From positions 26,930 to 90,929 of the forward strand of contig JBJEWD010000020.1 in the NCBI GenBank assembly GCA_051884875.1: 64,000 nt of DNA. Direction: 5' to 3'. The notes beneath the pieces were generated by a model. That model searched no databases and was not told the DNA's origin. It saw only the letters and a list, made by a program, of their open reading frames with translations. This document shows positions 18,586-28,441 of the stretch, in pieces (position 1 is the stretch's first letter; the number at the start of each line of letters is the position of its first letter). The DNA comes from Kiritimatiellia bacterium (GTDB taxonomy: Bacteria > Verrucomicrobiota > Kiritimatiellia > RFP12 > UBA1067). The position numbers and the translations under genes were made by a program.

Positions 18586-19224
18586 TCAACACCTTGCCTC
18601 GTTAAAGTAAGACTTGAGACGTGCGAGACAACGTGCCAGATTTCCGGCGAACTGCACCGTGCCCTGCGCGCCAATCACATTCGTCACGCACTTGAGCGCA
18701 TGGCAGGGGACGCCCGCCGTTTCGCAGACGTGCGCAATCGCGGCGCCTTCCATGTCCCGCAACCCGACGCCCAGTGACGCCAGCAGCGGCAAATCATCGG
18801 TTTTGTCGTTGAAATGATCGCCCGTCGCCAATGTCTTCGCCGGGTATTTTCCCAGCGGCACGAGCGGAATATACGGCGAGGTGCGCTCGTTTAAGACGCC
18901 GACGGCCGTCCCGTTGAGATCGGCGAGATCGAAATCATACTGCACCGCCCGCGCAACCTCATAGATGTCGCCCACCTTCATCCCCGGCTCGAATCCGCCA
19001 CAGACACCCGTATTGAATATCTCCGTTGCGCCCGACTGGATGGCGAACTGCGTCGCCGCCGCCGCGTTCGATTTGCCGATGCCCGAGATGACGACCATCA
19101 CCCGTTCACCATGGAGCCGTCCCGAAACAACGCGCCGACCGTACTCGCGCGACTCGAACGCCGCCGTCAGGTTGTCGACGACCGCAGCCGCTTCGCCGTC
19201 CATCGCGATGACGAACGCCTTCAC
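18586..19224 (-). CDS. Purine nucleoside phosphorylase/MTA-SAH nucleosidase family protein (possibly futalosine hydrolase)
   Basis: PNP_UDP_1-like: MKAFVIAMDGEAAAV, ISGIGKSNAAAATQ. It overlaps the upstream amidohydrolase gene by 4 nt. Confidence 0.6.
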   Translation of the reverse strand: MKAFVIAMDGEAAAVVDNLTAAFESREYGRRVVSGRLHGERVMVVISGIGKSNAAAATQFAIQSGATEIFNTGVCGGFEPGMKVGDIYEVARAVQYDFDLADLNGTAVGVLNERTSPYIPLVPLGKYPAKTLATGDHFNDKTDDLPLLASLGVGLRDMEGAAIAHVCETAGVPCHALKCVTNVIGAQGTVQFAGNLARCLARLKSYFNEARC

Positions 19225-20555
19225 AGGCCAAGCCTCCGCACCGCGCGCAGGAAATCAAACTTGGCGCGATTCTGATCAATCTTCGGGAACCGCCCCCTTT
19301 CATAGACGATCTCCCCGTCAACGACCGTCATCACGACATCGCTCGCATGCATCGAATGGACGATGAGATTGGGGATGTCGAAGCACGGCGTCAGATGCAG
19401 GCGATCCAAATCAACGACGCAGAAATCGGCTCGCTTGCCAACGGCGAGTTCGCCCGTGTCGTCGCGCCCAAGCGCCTTCGCGCCGTTCCGGGTCGCCATC
19501 TCCAGGACATCCCACGCGCCGAGCACCGTCGGATCTTTTGCGATTCCCTTGTGGATCAGCGCGGCCAGATGCATTTCCTCGAACATGTCGAGATTGTCGT
19601 TAGACGCGCACCCGTCGGTTCCGAGCGCCACGTTGACCCCCAGCGCCATCGCCCGCGTCACCCGCGCAAACCCGCTGCCGAGCTTCATGTTGCTCGTCGG
19701 ATTATGGACGAGCGAGACGCCGCGTTCGGCCATGAGGCGGAAGTCGTCATCGGTGCACCAGACGCCATGCGCCGCGTAGCCGCCGTAGTCGAGGAGTCCC
19801 GTCTCCGCAAGGTACGCGACCGGCGTCTTGCCGTGACGCGCCAGACACTCCGCATGCTCCTTCTCGGTCTCGGAAACATGCAAATGCACCGGACGCCGGA
19901 ATTCGCGATTCGCCGCAGCGAGTTCGCGGCAGAAACTCTCATTGGTGAGATATTCGGAATGGATGCAGAAATCGCGGTTGATCTTGTCCGTGCACCCCCG
20001 CGCCACATAGGCGATGCACTCGGCGAGGCGATTCGGCGGCACATTGTCCGCGAACGCGAGTCCCACGCGGTTGACGCTCGCCTTCATGCCGGCCTCGGCG
20101 AAACGGACGTCGCACGCCGCAGGAAAATCGTACATATCCGCCACACACGTCGTGCCGCCCGCCAGCATCTCCATCGCGCCCCAGGTCGTTCCCGCCGCCA
20201 CATCCTCAGGCGTCATCTTCGCCTCGATCGGGAAAATCGCCTCCTCCAGCCAACGCTGCAGCGGCAGCCCGCCCCCCACGCCGCGCATCAGCGTCATCGC
20301 CGTATGCCCATGGCAGTTGACAAGCCCCGGCAGAATCAGCTTACCCGTGCAATCCTCGCAACGCGGCACGGATGCGGCGCCTGCGGCCCGCGACGCCGCG
20401 CCCGTCTCGACTAGCGCGGCAATGCGCCCGTCCTCGACCCAAATATCACCCGTCCCGACCCTACGGCCCGGGAGCAGTATCTTCGCGTGCGAGAATATCA
20501 TCTGCATGGCGCCAATTATAGCAAATTTAATCCCCGCCGTTGGCAAAGGACGCAC
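19221..20555 (-). CDS. Amidohydrolase-family deaminase (MTA/SAH deaminase or aminofutalosine deaminase-like)
   Basis: Metal-binding LVNCHGHTAM and a TIM-barrel amidohydrolase pattern. The true start is probably MQMIF.. near 20507. Confidence 0.7.
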   Translation of the reverse strand: MRPLPTAGIKFAIIGAMQMIFSHAKILLPGRRVGTGDIWVEDGRIAALVETGAASRAAGAASVPRCEDCTGKLILPGLVNCHGHTAMTLMRGVGGGLPLQRWLEEAIFPIEAKMTPEDVAAGTTWGAMEMLAGGTTCVADMYDFPAACDVRFAEAGMKASVNRVGLAFADNVPPNRLAECIAYVARGCTDKINRDFCIHSEYLTNESFCRELAAANREFRRPVHLHVSETEKEHAECLARHGKTPVAYLAETGLLDYGGYAAHGVWCTDDDFRLMAERGVSLVHNPTSNMKLGSGFARVTRAMALGVNVALGTDGCASNDNLDMFEEMHLAALIHKGIAKDPTVLGAWDVLEMATRNGAKALGRDDTGELAVGKRADFCVVDLDRLHLTPCFDIPNLIVHSMHASDVVMTVVDGEIVYERGRFPKIDQNRAKFDFLRAVRRLGL

Positions 20556-21264
20556 CGATTGGATTATCCCCAGTTTTGAAAATGGCTACCGAGCCCTCGC
20601 GAAGCCTCGCGCGGTCTGTCTTGAGCCGATTCTGCCAGTTCTGGGCCGTCGGTTCCGCCTGTCGCCATCCGCTCGGGCATTCAAGCTCCATCTGCAGCTC
20701 GCCGCAATCCTCTCGAACGCGGTCAAACCCCCGCCACTTACCATGCCTGACGAACAACCAGTGCAGCCCGGTTGCCGAAGGGCATGCGCCCAAAGGACTC
20801 GAGCTTCGGTTTTGGAAATCGGGAAGAAAATATCCCAGGAATTTGCGCAGCTGCACCCGCGTTCCGAATGCCGTTATGCCATCATTACCCGGATGGTTTC
20901 CTTCCGCTATCTGACACCCGCGTATTGCAGCACGGCGACAGACGTGAAGCCAACTCCTCACTTTCCGGGACAGAAGGCAACGACCGCACCCCTGATTCTA
21001 CTGGGTGCGGTCGATTCTAAGGGTCAAAAACCGGGGATATTTGAGGTTTGGGAAACTGGGAAAAGTAATGGGCTTGCCCATAGGGCATGGGCATTGAGGT
21101 TAGGCAAAGGGAGCGTCAAACTGTCGGCGCCAGCGGCGAGAGACAATACCGCCCCAGATCTCAAGACTGACGCCCGCCGGAATCAAGATGGCGAGGAATG
21201 ACCACATTGCCATCAAAACCGCCAAGAACGCGGCCTGGACAACGGGCTACGGAAAATCGCGACA

Positions 21265-21846
21265 TCACTTGGACGCGTAGGCGAGCTTCTGCGCCTCCCA
21301 GAGGGTCCCACGAACGATCTCCTCCAGATCGTCGAGCGTATCGAGCTTCCCGTACGATGCAACGCCGCTGCGAACGGCGGAAATCTGCCCCGCATCCAAA
21401 AGACGGGCGGGGACGGCCACGCGCTTGAATCCACCCTCGACAACATACACCATCCACGCCGCCCAGGCCTTGTCGCCGGGGCATTCGAGCAACACGACGG
21501 CGCCATTCGGACCAACGTCGCGGACCAAAGACCGAAGCTCCCTCTTGGCGGACATCCTCGCGACCCAGCCGTGCCCGAGCGTTGCAGGATCGAGCTCGAC
21601 ACACCGGATCGAGAGGTCGGAATCCGCAGCGGACTCACGTAGCTTCGCTTTCTCGGCCAAGGCCTCCTGCCGTCCGATGAAGAGCACGGGGGTCTTCCCA
21701 GAAGAATCCGCGTCGCCGACAGCACCCACATCGCCCTTGTACTCCTTCGGCGGGAACATCGCCGCAAGAATCACGCACGCGGCAACAAGTACGAGGACCA
21801 TCCCCGCCGCAACACCGACTATCATCATTATGCTCATTCGAACCAC
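21265..21846 (-). CDS. Hypothetical membrane-anchored protein
   Basis: N-terminal TM helix. No motif recognised. Confidence 0.3.
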   Translation of the reverse strand: MVRMSIMMIVGVAAGMVLVLVAACVILAAMFPPKEYKGDVGAVGDADSSGKTPVLFIGRQEALAEKAKLRESAADSDLSIRCVELDPATLGHGWVARMSAKRELRSLVRDVGPNGAVVLLECPGDKAWAAWMVYVVEGGFKRVAVPARLLDAGQISAVRSGVASYGKLDTLDDLEEIVRGTLWEAQKLAYASK

Positions 21847-22742
21847 CTCCCAAGGTCTTCAATTGCATCTTTCAACAGGCGAACGCGTACTTCTCGCGTT
21901 CCATCCCTGAACCCGCTCAAGTAGACCAGGCGCCCGCCATAGTCGTTGCCGTCGCCCCATGCGGGCGCGCCGTCGGTGGTGATGACGCGCTTGCCACGTT
22001 CAAGGGCCTCGGCGATCACAAGGCCGAAGTTCTCGGAAAGGGTCGGGAGAACAAGGGTATCGCACCACTTGTAGGCGGCCTCCTTCTCATCTTCGCCGAC
22101 GACTCCGCAGAACTCCACGTCAAGGCCGTAGCCATCGGCCTTGCGGTGGAGTTTCCGGCCTTCGCCCTCGTCCTTGCCGATGATTTTCAGCCGCAAGGAA
22201 CGCAAAGGGCGCGGAGGATCTGCCGTTGTCTGGATTGCGTGAAGCGCATCAAGAAGGTACTCGACGCCTTTCAGCGGGTGAAGCCGTCCGACATACAGCA
22301 GTTTGAGGGATAAGGAATGAGGGATGGGGGATGAGGGATGAGGGATGGATGATGAGAAATGGGGAATCGGTGACGACAACGGGACGACCTCAACCTTCTT
22401 AACCCTGGGTTCAAATGTTTTTATCCAAGTGACCTCTTCGTCGCACGTGGCAATGATGCGATCCGCCCGGCGGAAAATCCATCGTTCAATCGGTGCGACC
22501 CATCGCTTCTTGTTCCAATGGTACTTCAGTTTCTCCGGATCGGTACAGCCGTGCGGCATTCTGACAAGCTTCTTGCCGGCCAGCAACGCCCTGATGCTCG
22601 CCCTGACGACCAGCGGGGTCCACATCGAGTGGACCCACACCTCGCCGTCCTCGCCAACGCCCCGAGCAATCAGCTGCTTCGCCGCGACCGCGATTCCGCA
22701 AGTCGGGTCGTCAACGCCGGGTATTATGTGCTTGACCGTCAT
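21834..22742 (-). CDS. Glycosyltransferase family 4-like protein containing a heptanucleotide-repeat-encoded low-complexity insert
   Basis: C-terminal GT1/GT4 motif ENFGLVIAEALERGKRVITT. The insert reads PIPHFSSSIPHPSSPIPH. Confidence 0.55.
   Translation of the reverse strand: MTVKHIIPGVDDPTCGIAVAAKQLIARGVGEDGEVWVHSMWTPLVVRASIRALLAGKKLVRMPHGCTDPEKLKYHWNKKRWVAPIERWIFRRADRIIATCDEEVTWIKTFEPRVKKVEVVPLSSPIPHFSSSIPHPSSPIPHSLSLKLLYVGRLHPLKGVEYLLDALHAIQTTADPPRPLRSLRLKIIGKDEGEGRKLHRKADGYGLDVEFCGVVGEDEKEAAYKWCDTLVLPTLSENFGLVIAEALERGKRVITTDGAPAWGDGNDYGGRLVYLSGFRDGTREVRVRLLKDAIEDLGRWFE
22311..22366. repeat. Imperfect tandem heptanucleotide repeat, about 8 units of GGGATGA, inside a glycosyltransferase CDS
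   Basis: ggaatga gggatgg gggatga gggatga gggatgg atgatga gaaatgg. Confidence 0.6.
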
Positions 22743-23722
22743 TCATTGACCTCCGATGCCTTCTCGACGAAAGCGGCGACATCGCCGCTTTTGAAGAGCG
22801 TAATGCGTCCATCGTACCGTTTGGCCACAGCGACGTTGCCGGGATTGTCGCTGGCCAGGATCGGGCGGCCGAGCCGCAGATACTCAAAGAGCTTGAGCGG
22901 ATAGTTCCACTTGAACGCCCTCGTCGCAAGATACGGTGCAACCAGAATCCGGCACCTGCGAAGCCGTCCGAACGCCTCGTCCTGCGGCATCCGTCCGGCA
23001 AACTCAATCCCGTCACGCAATGTTCCATCCTTTGGCGGATTACCGATCCAGAGACATTTCCTTCCGGGCATCCGCTTCAGCGCCTCCGCCAGCAGTTCGC
23101 CGCCTTTCGCCCGCGACCATTCGGCCAATACGCCGAAATCGTAGGCGAAAGTCGAGACCGGAGCTGGAGACGAAATCGGCGCGGAAACGAGATCCTCGAA
23201 TGCATCCTGCATCCGACACTCGAGCTTTCCACTTTTTCTCCACCTCTCCAACTCTGCATGGCCAAACCCGATCTCCTCCAGCAGCCCGGGATGGATGTTC
23301 AGGACGAGCCGATCACACCGTCGTGCGAACCACCTAAACACCAGGTCAATCGCCCACCTCAACGGAGGGAACCTGTCTCGATGGCTCAAGCTCGGCGGGT
23401 CCCACAGGAAGACCGTCCACGGGCAGCCATGTCTCCGCTTCAGCCGCCATCCCGCATACATACACGGGAAGTCGAAACCCGTAAAAACCTTGACACCTCT
23501 CTGTGCCCCTGCGTCTCTGCACGACAAAACATCCCGCACCCGCCTGAACCTCACAACCTTGCAACACCTCGCTTCAATCTCCTGCGGCAAATGGCAACTC
23601 TCGCGCACGTAAATCGTAGCGTCGCACGTCGTCGCCACCTCCAACGGCTTGCGGTAGGCGTTGGCGTTCCTGGAGTACCAGCCGATGTCGCAACGCGTAA
23701 TGTATATCGCCTTCTCTTTCAT
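22739..23722 (-). CDS. Glycosyltransferase family 1-like protein
   Basis: C-terminal GT-B-like region. Weak similarity only. Confidence 0.4.
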   Translation of the reverse strand: MKEKAIYITRCDIGWYSRNANAYRKPLEVATTCDATIYVRESCHLPQEIEARCCKVVRFRRVRDVLSCRDAGAQRGVKVFTGFDFPCMYAGWRLKRRHGCPWTVFLWDPPSLSHRDRFPPLRWAIDLVFRWFARRCDRLVLNIHPGLLEEIGFGHAELERWRKSGKLECRMQDAFEDLVSAPISSPAPVSTFAYDFGVLAEWSRAKGGELLAEALKRMPGRKCLWIGNPPKDGTLRDGIEFAGRMPQDEAFGRLRRCRILVAPYLATRAFKWNYPLKLFEYLRLGRPILASDNPGNVAVAKRYDGRITLFKSGDVAAFVEKASEVNE

Positions 23723-23725
23723 GCC

Positions 23726-24487
23726 TTAGATCCCGGCAACGCCATCCCACTTCGGGTTCTTCCACCACTTGCCGCCGCGAGTCAGGAGATTCCACAGCGC
23801 CCAGCATCCGGGACGTCGGCGAATGTTCGACACGATCCTGCCGCCGGGCAAAAGCGTATGCGTGGCATCAAGGACATTCGGCCCAAAGTTGCGTAGACCG
23901 TTCAACCTCCTGTTCTCAAGCGCCGCCGCCCCTTCCCACACGGCCGAACGTCCGCCGACGACATGCCCGTAATCGTGGAACTGATGCTCCGCCCTTATGG
24001 CGTAACTCGCATCGACAACGGGGATATCCCTTCGCAGGCAATAGGCGACAAGCGCGCTGTCGCAATACGCCCGCCCCATCGTCACCTTCGGCAAGTCGCG
24101 GAACATGCCTCGTCTGAAGACGAAATAATCCATCCCGCTTGGACGGTGCAGCCGCTTCGTCCCATCCTCCAGCATGTCAATCCGCTGCCCGGTCAACAGG
24201 AATTCTCCGCAAAGAACGGGCGGGGGCCGCTCGCCAAGGGCTTGCTCCAATCGAAGTATCTGCGCCTTGTCGAACAGCATGTCGGCATTCGCATACATCA
24301 GCAGCTCCGCATCGGAGTCGCGCTCGACCGCCGCCACCATTTCGCGGAAAGGCACGAGCGGGCCCCTGAATTCAATGACATCCGCCCCCCAGAAGACACC
24401 CCGCCAGTTCTCTTCCGAACGCCTCTGTATTTCTCCCGCGCGTCCTTCGGCGGGCTTCAATGCCGTGAAGACAGCCAGTTCCATCAT
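23726..24487 (-). CDS. Hypothetical protein in the polysaccharide locus
   Basis: The start was set at MMELAV (track ORF begins at 24640), which overlaps the upstream gene stop as ATGA. Confidence 0.35.
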   Translation of the reverse strand: MMELAVFTALKPAEGRAGEIQRRSEENWRGVFWGADVIEFRGPLVPFREMVAAVERDSDAELLMYANADMLFDKAQILRLEQALGERPPPVLCGEFLLTGQRIDMLEDGTKRLHRPSGMDYFVFRRGMFRDLPKVTMGRAYCDSALVAYCLRRDIPVVDASYAIRAEHQFHDYGHVVGGRSAVWEGAAALENRRLNGLRNFGPNVLDATHTLLPGGRIVSNIRRRPGCWALWNLLTRGGKWWKNPKWDGVAGI

Positions 24488-25263
24488 TTGCCGATTCCTC
24501 GACGAAACACTCCGACCACGACCAACTCTCGGACAAGGATCCAAGCCGCCCTTGGGACGCACCACAGGTCGCGCTTCAGCACGCGACTGCCGCCGGTGAA
24601 CATCCGCCACAGCCAGCACACGCCGCACCGATGCACCCATTGCGGCACGGGCCTCTGCGTCCCGGCGTGGAAATCAAACGCCGCGCCGACCGGCAGAACC
24701 GCCTTTGCGCTGAACTCCCCCAGATGCCTTGCGCACCACTTCTCCTGCTTCGGACTCCCCAGCGCGACCCAGAGGAAGTCGCATTCCATCCCCTGCGGCA
24801 CAGCAGGATCGGCGGAATACCCGGGCGCATGCGCGCCGACAATCCTCACGCCAGGGAACCGGTCCTCCATATTGGCCTTGAGTTTCGCCAGCGTCTCTTC
24901 GTTAGCGCCGCAGAATGCATGCCGCCAGCCACGGCCCACGCCGTATTCCATGGCCTTCTCGAAAAACACGGGGCCGATGACGCGCCCCGGCAGCCTGCCG
25001 CCATAAATCCTGGCCATCTCTAGCATGATCACGCCGTCGGCAACGACGGCGTCCGCCTTGCGGTACGCCGCCGCCAGTTCCCCGTCCCGCCAGCCATGCG
25101 CCAGCCCATTGGCATCGCAGAAGCAAACGAACCTCGACTCTCCCCTGGACTGCCGCCAAACCTCCATCTCCGCAAGCAGCCCATCATAAGCCACCTGCGC
25201 CATATCCCAATATCTGGTCTTTATCCTTTCCATCTCGGCGAACCTCGAACGACTAACCACCAA
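24484..25263 (-). CDS. WecB/TagA/CpsF-family (GT26) glycosyltransferase
   Basis: AVVADGVIML, GSPKQEKW. Confidence 0.7.
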   Translation of the reverse strand: MVVSRSRFAEMERIKTRYWDMAQVAYDGLLAEMEVWRQSRGESRFVCFCDANGLAHGWRDGELAAAYRKADAVVADGVIMLEMARIYGGRLPGRVIGPVFFEKAMEYGVGRGWRHAFCGANEETLAKLKANMEDRFPGVRIVGAHAPGYSADPAVPQGMECDFLWVALGSPKQEKWCARHLGEFSAKAVLPVGAAFDFHAGTQRPVPQWVHRCGVCWLWRMFTGGSRVLKRDLWCVPRAAWILVRELVVVGVFRRGIGK

Positions 25264-25287
25264 TCACTAACGACTAACCACTGACCA

Positions 25288-26061
25288 CTACCTGAACCAC
25301 TTGTAGCCGTAATAGCCGATGTACTCGTGGATGAAAGAATTGTTGCGGGCGAACGCGTCGATACTCGGCAGGAGGCTTCGAAACCTGAAGGACTCGTCTT
25401 TCCACGGCAGCGCCTGATAGTCCGTCGCCGCCGGGATGCACTTTATCTCCGGCGCATATTTCCTGAACATATACAGGCTTCGCCGCATGTGGCAGGCGCT
25501 CGTCACCAACAAAACGGTCGCCGTCCCTGCGCCTCCTGCGTTCTTGCGCCTCTGCGCCAGGACATCTCTGATGAACTTCGCGTTCTCCTCGGTATTCACC
25601 GCCTTGTTCTCCAGCACAACCGCCTCGCGCGGGACACCCAAGTCAACCAGCAACTTGACATCGGCCAGTTCCGCACCGATATTGCTTGGGATGACGACAG
25701 GCGCCTTCCCCGCCTTCCAAAGACGCGCCGCATGCCATGCCCTGTCCGCGCCATCCTTCAGCATGGCATAGGGATGATTTGTGCTCCCCCACACGCCGCC
25801 GCCCATGACGGCAATCGCGTCTGCGACCGGCATCTCTTCCGCAAGCCGCACCGGATAGTCCTCCTCAAGCGGCAACGCCAGCCATCCGCCGACTATCGGC
25901 ATGGACCAGAACCAGAACCACGCCAATCCCGCGATAAGAGTCCACGCGACCGCTCTTATCTTCTTGCGCCACACAAACGCGAGCCCAGCAGCAACAATCG
26001 CCATTCCGACGAACAGCGGATTCGCGACGAAACCTACGATCTTGTTTAGCACGTCAATCAT
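25288..26061 (-). CDS. DUF218/YdcF-family (SanA/ElyC-like) membrane protein
   Basis: N-terminal TM helices and an AIAVMGGGVWGS core. Confidence 0.6.
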   Translation of the reverse strand: MIDVLNKIVGFVANPLFVGMAIVAAGLAFVWRKKIRAVAWTLIAGLAWFWFWSMPIVGGWLALPLEEDYPVRLAEEMPVADAIAVMGGGVWGSTNHPYAMLKDGADRAWHAARLWKAGKAPVVIPSNIGAELADVKLLVDLGVPREAVVLENKAVNTEENAKFIRDVLAQRRKNAGGAGTATVLLVTSACHMRRSLYMFRKYAPEIKCIPAATDYQALPWKDESFRFRSLLPSIDAFARNNSFIHEYIGYYGYKWFR

Positions 26062-27254
26062 GAAACCACTTCTCCGTAAATCTCCATCAGTCTTTTGTAG
26101 TTCGCGTCTTCGGAATATCTCGCTTCAGCCTCACGCTTTGCGGCCGCGCACATTTCGTCGTAATCAGGGCGAGAGAGGAGGCGTTTGATTGCAACCGCCA
26201 ACGATTCGGCGTTACCCGCCTCAAACACCTCTCCAAGTTCGCCATTCCGTATGTATTCGGGCAACGCCCCAAGATTGCCGACGACACAAGGGGTGCTTCC
26301 TGCGAAACTTTCCAAGACCGTTATCGGCATGCCCTCCCAGCATTCGCTTGGCAAAACAACCGCCATCGACTCTGCCATCTCCTTACGCACGGCATCATTC
26401 GCTTGCTTACCCATGAATTCAACATTCAAGCCCAAGGCCAGGGATTCGTATTCGGATCTCCTGTCGCCATCCCCGATCAAAAGCAATTTGCAACCCGTCT
26501 CATTTCCAATCCTACGCCATGCGCTCAAAAGGGTCGGCACACCTTTTTCCGGCGACAACCGCCCGACATACACGATCCGATTATTCCTGTCCGCACGCTC
26601 CGCACATTCCACACGACCGATGAAATTGCCCTTCACGACAATCTTCTCTTCCGGTAATCCGACAGCCGCCATTTTCCGTTTCTGGAACTCGCTCAATGCG
26701 ATGAACCGCGAGACCCATTGGGGCAATCTCTTTCTGTACAGGGCTATGTTTATCGCGAGCGGCAAAGTTGCGAACAAACTGCCGCGATAGCACCTGCATT
26801 TTATCCCATCCCATGCGCATTTCTTATCAAGGCACAAGGCACAGACTTTGCCGTTCCTTGTCGGCACACCTGCCGCACATGCCATCCTGTAGTTGTGAAG
26901 CGTCATCACGACCGGCGCGTATTTGCCCGCCGCCCGGACGGCCAACGGGCTGATGAGCGGAAACGTGTTGTGAAAGTGGACGACATCGGGCCTGAACTCG
27001 CGGCACTTCCTGGCAACCGCCCTCGCCGCAAACGGATTGCCGACCGTGCTCAGCGCCCCCTTTATCCTGCCCCAAATTCGCGCAAGTGGTTTGCCGTTAC
27101 GAATCTCATCCGAATGGCGTGTATAGACAGCCACTTCGTGACCATGCTTCTCCAGCATGGCGCGCTCCGCCTCGAACACCTTGTTCTCGCCCGAAGGTGC
27201 CGACGAGCCGTAGTAGTTATGAACTAGTAGAATACGCATTGATTTTAGCCGCAA
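26058..27254 (-). CDS. Glycosyltransferase family 4
   Basis: MRILLVHNYY...GENKV N-domain. C-terminal E-x7-E-like motif. Confidence 0.8.
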   Translation of the reverse strand: MRLKSMRILLVHNYYGSSAPSGENKVFEAERAMLEKHGHEVAVYTRHSDEIRNGKPLARIWGRIKGALSTVGNPFAARAVARKCREFRPDVVHFHNTFPLISPLAVRAAGKYAPVVMTLHNYRMACAAGVPTRNGKVCALCLDKKCAWDGIKCRCYRGSLFATLPLAINIALYRKRLPQWVSRFIALSEFQKRKMAAVGLPEEKIVVKGNFIGRVECAERADRNNRIVYVGRLSPEKGVPTLLSAWRRIGNETGCKLLLIGDGDRRSEYESLALGLNVEFMGKQANDAVRKEMAESMAVVLPSECWEGMPITVLESFAGSTPCVVGNLGALPEYIRNGELGEVFEAGNAESLAVAIKRLLSRPDYDEMCAAAKREAEARYSEDANYKRLMEIYGEVVS

Positions 27255-27408
27255 AGAGCGCAGAGATGTTTTATGGTTGCGCTTCGCGCAGAGGAATGGA
27301 TCTGGCTATCTTTCTGCATTGGAACTTTTCCGCTCCAAAACTTATTATGAGTCCATGTTCTCAATTGGTCGCCTTGAGGTCTCTTTGCAACCTTTGCGTT
27401 CCTTGCGG

Positions 27409-28206
27409 CTAAGCATCAATCCCCAGCAACTCTTTGACTTGTTTCTTGAACCACGTCTCATCCTTGCCATCCTCCCATAGCCCTGCATCTTCCCAATCCC
27501 AGACATACAGCTTGCCGCCGGCAATTGCACAATTCCACGGTGCAAAGTCACCATGTGATATCCCATGCCGTTTAAGTTCAGCAAGGAACTCGTAATGCTC
27601 CCGCCGCATTCGGGCAGGGCTTTTACCTTGGGGCAGAACCGTCTGCACACTCCATGTCCAAACGCCATTGCTTCCTACGTCTCCGGGCACAACAGGGACT
27701 TGGGCGCGCAATGGCGAGTCCTCCAATTTCTTCAATACGTCAACTTCATTCCTTATCGCCGCCCCTGCCTCGTTCGTCCGGCCCAATTTAACTATCAACT
27801 CCCCTTTCCCCCCACTCCTCCGCTCACCAACTCCTCCACACAACTTAACCAACACCGTCAACTTTGTCTTTACTGAGTCATTCCCCATATAAAGCGTGAC
27901 CCACTCCAACCCCTTTGCGAACTTTGCGTCCTTTGCGGCTAGAACATCAACCGCTTTCTCAATCATTTCATGCCCATCCAATTCATCAAACCGCTTCATC
28001 GGGCCACGCAAGATCTTCTCAATTGGCAACCATGCGAACCATCCCATTATTTTCATCGCCAACTTGAGCGACTTCCGTCCCGGCGAGTGCATCGTCAGCC
28101 CCGCCCGCTTGCTTGCCGTAGACGATAAATCAACCCACACGCGCGGCTTCGCCGCCGGGAGACCAAGAAATTTATGATTATTAACACCCATATAACTAAC
28201 CTCCAT
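27409..28206 (-). CDS. Kinase-like phosphotransferase (APH/choline-kinase fold)
   Basis: Brenner-like motif ISHGDFAPWN. Probable start MGVNNHKF at 28191. Confidence 0.5.
   Translation of the reverse strand: MEVSYMGVNNHKFLGLPAAKPRVWVDLSSTASKRAGLTMHSPGRKSLKLAMKIMGWFAWLPIEKILRGPMKRFDELDGHEMIEKAVDVLAAKDAKFAKGLEWVTLYMGNDSVKTKLTVLVKLCGGVGERRSGGKGELIVKLGRTNEAGAAIRNEVDVLKKLEDSPLRAQVPVVPGDVGSNGVWTWSVQTVLPQGKSPARMRREHYEFLAELKRHGISHGDFAPWNCAIAGGKLYVWDWEDAGLWEDGKDETWFKKQVKELLGIDA
28073..28190. repeat. Left copy of an imperfect ~80% direct repeat; it is the 5' end of the kinase-like gene
   Basis: Aligns base by base with 29832..29948. Confidence 0.6.
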
Positions 28207-28328
28207 CCCTTTATTCGCGGACTATCATCACAACTTCAAGCCTTTCTCATGCCGCAATGCTCTCGCAATCCGCATAAAAAACCTTTTCGATACGATACTA
28301 ACGGATGTCTGGCAGCACGGTACATTGG

Positions 28329-28408
28329 CGCGGAAAGGTGTGAATTTCGAATCCCCAATGTCGCGGAAAGGTGTATACATTCCCTTGCTTAATGTCGCGG
28401 AAAGGTGT
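28329..28408 (+). promoter_or_regulatory. Three direct iterons AATGTCGCGGAAAGGTGTAT spaced 33-34 bp, upstream of the DUF4143 ATPase gene
   Basis: CGCGGAAAGGTGT at 28329, 28362 and 28396. Confidence 0.4.
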
Positions 28409-28441
28409 ATGATATGCACCGTCAGAAATTAAGGGGAACCG

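Noticed and set aside
20527-20961. 144-aa minus-strand ORF in the long intergenic gap
   Set aside because: No motif, weak third-position GC bias compared with neighbouring genes, and a GTG start with no clear RBS. Left as unannotated. It is flagged only as part of the unexplained gap.
22300-22370. Possible CRISPR or minisatellite
   Set aside because: This is a short 7-bp imperfect microsatellite inside a CDS with no spacer structure. No CRISPR-like repeat-spacer arrays were seen anywhere in the window.
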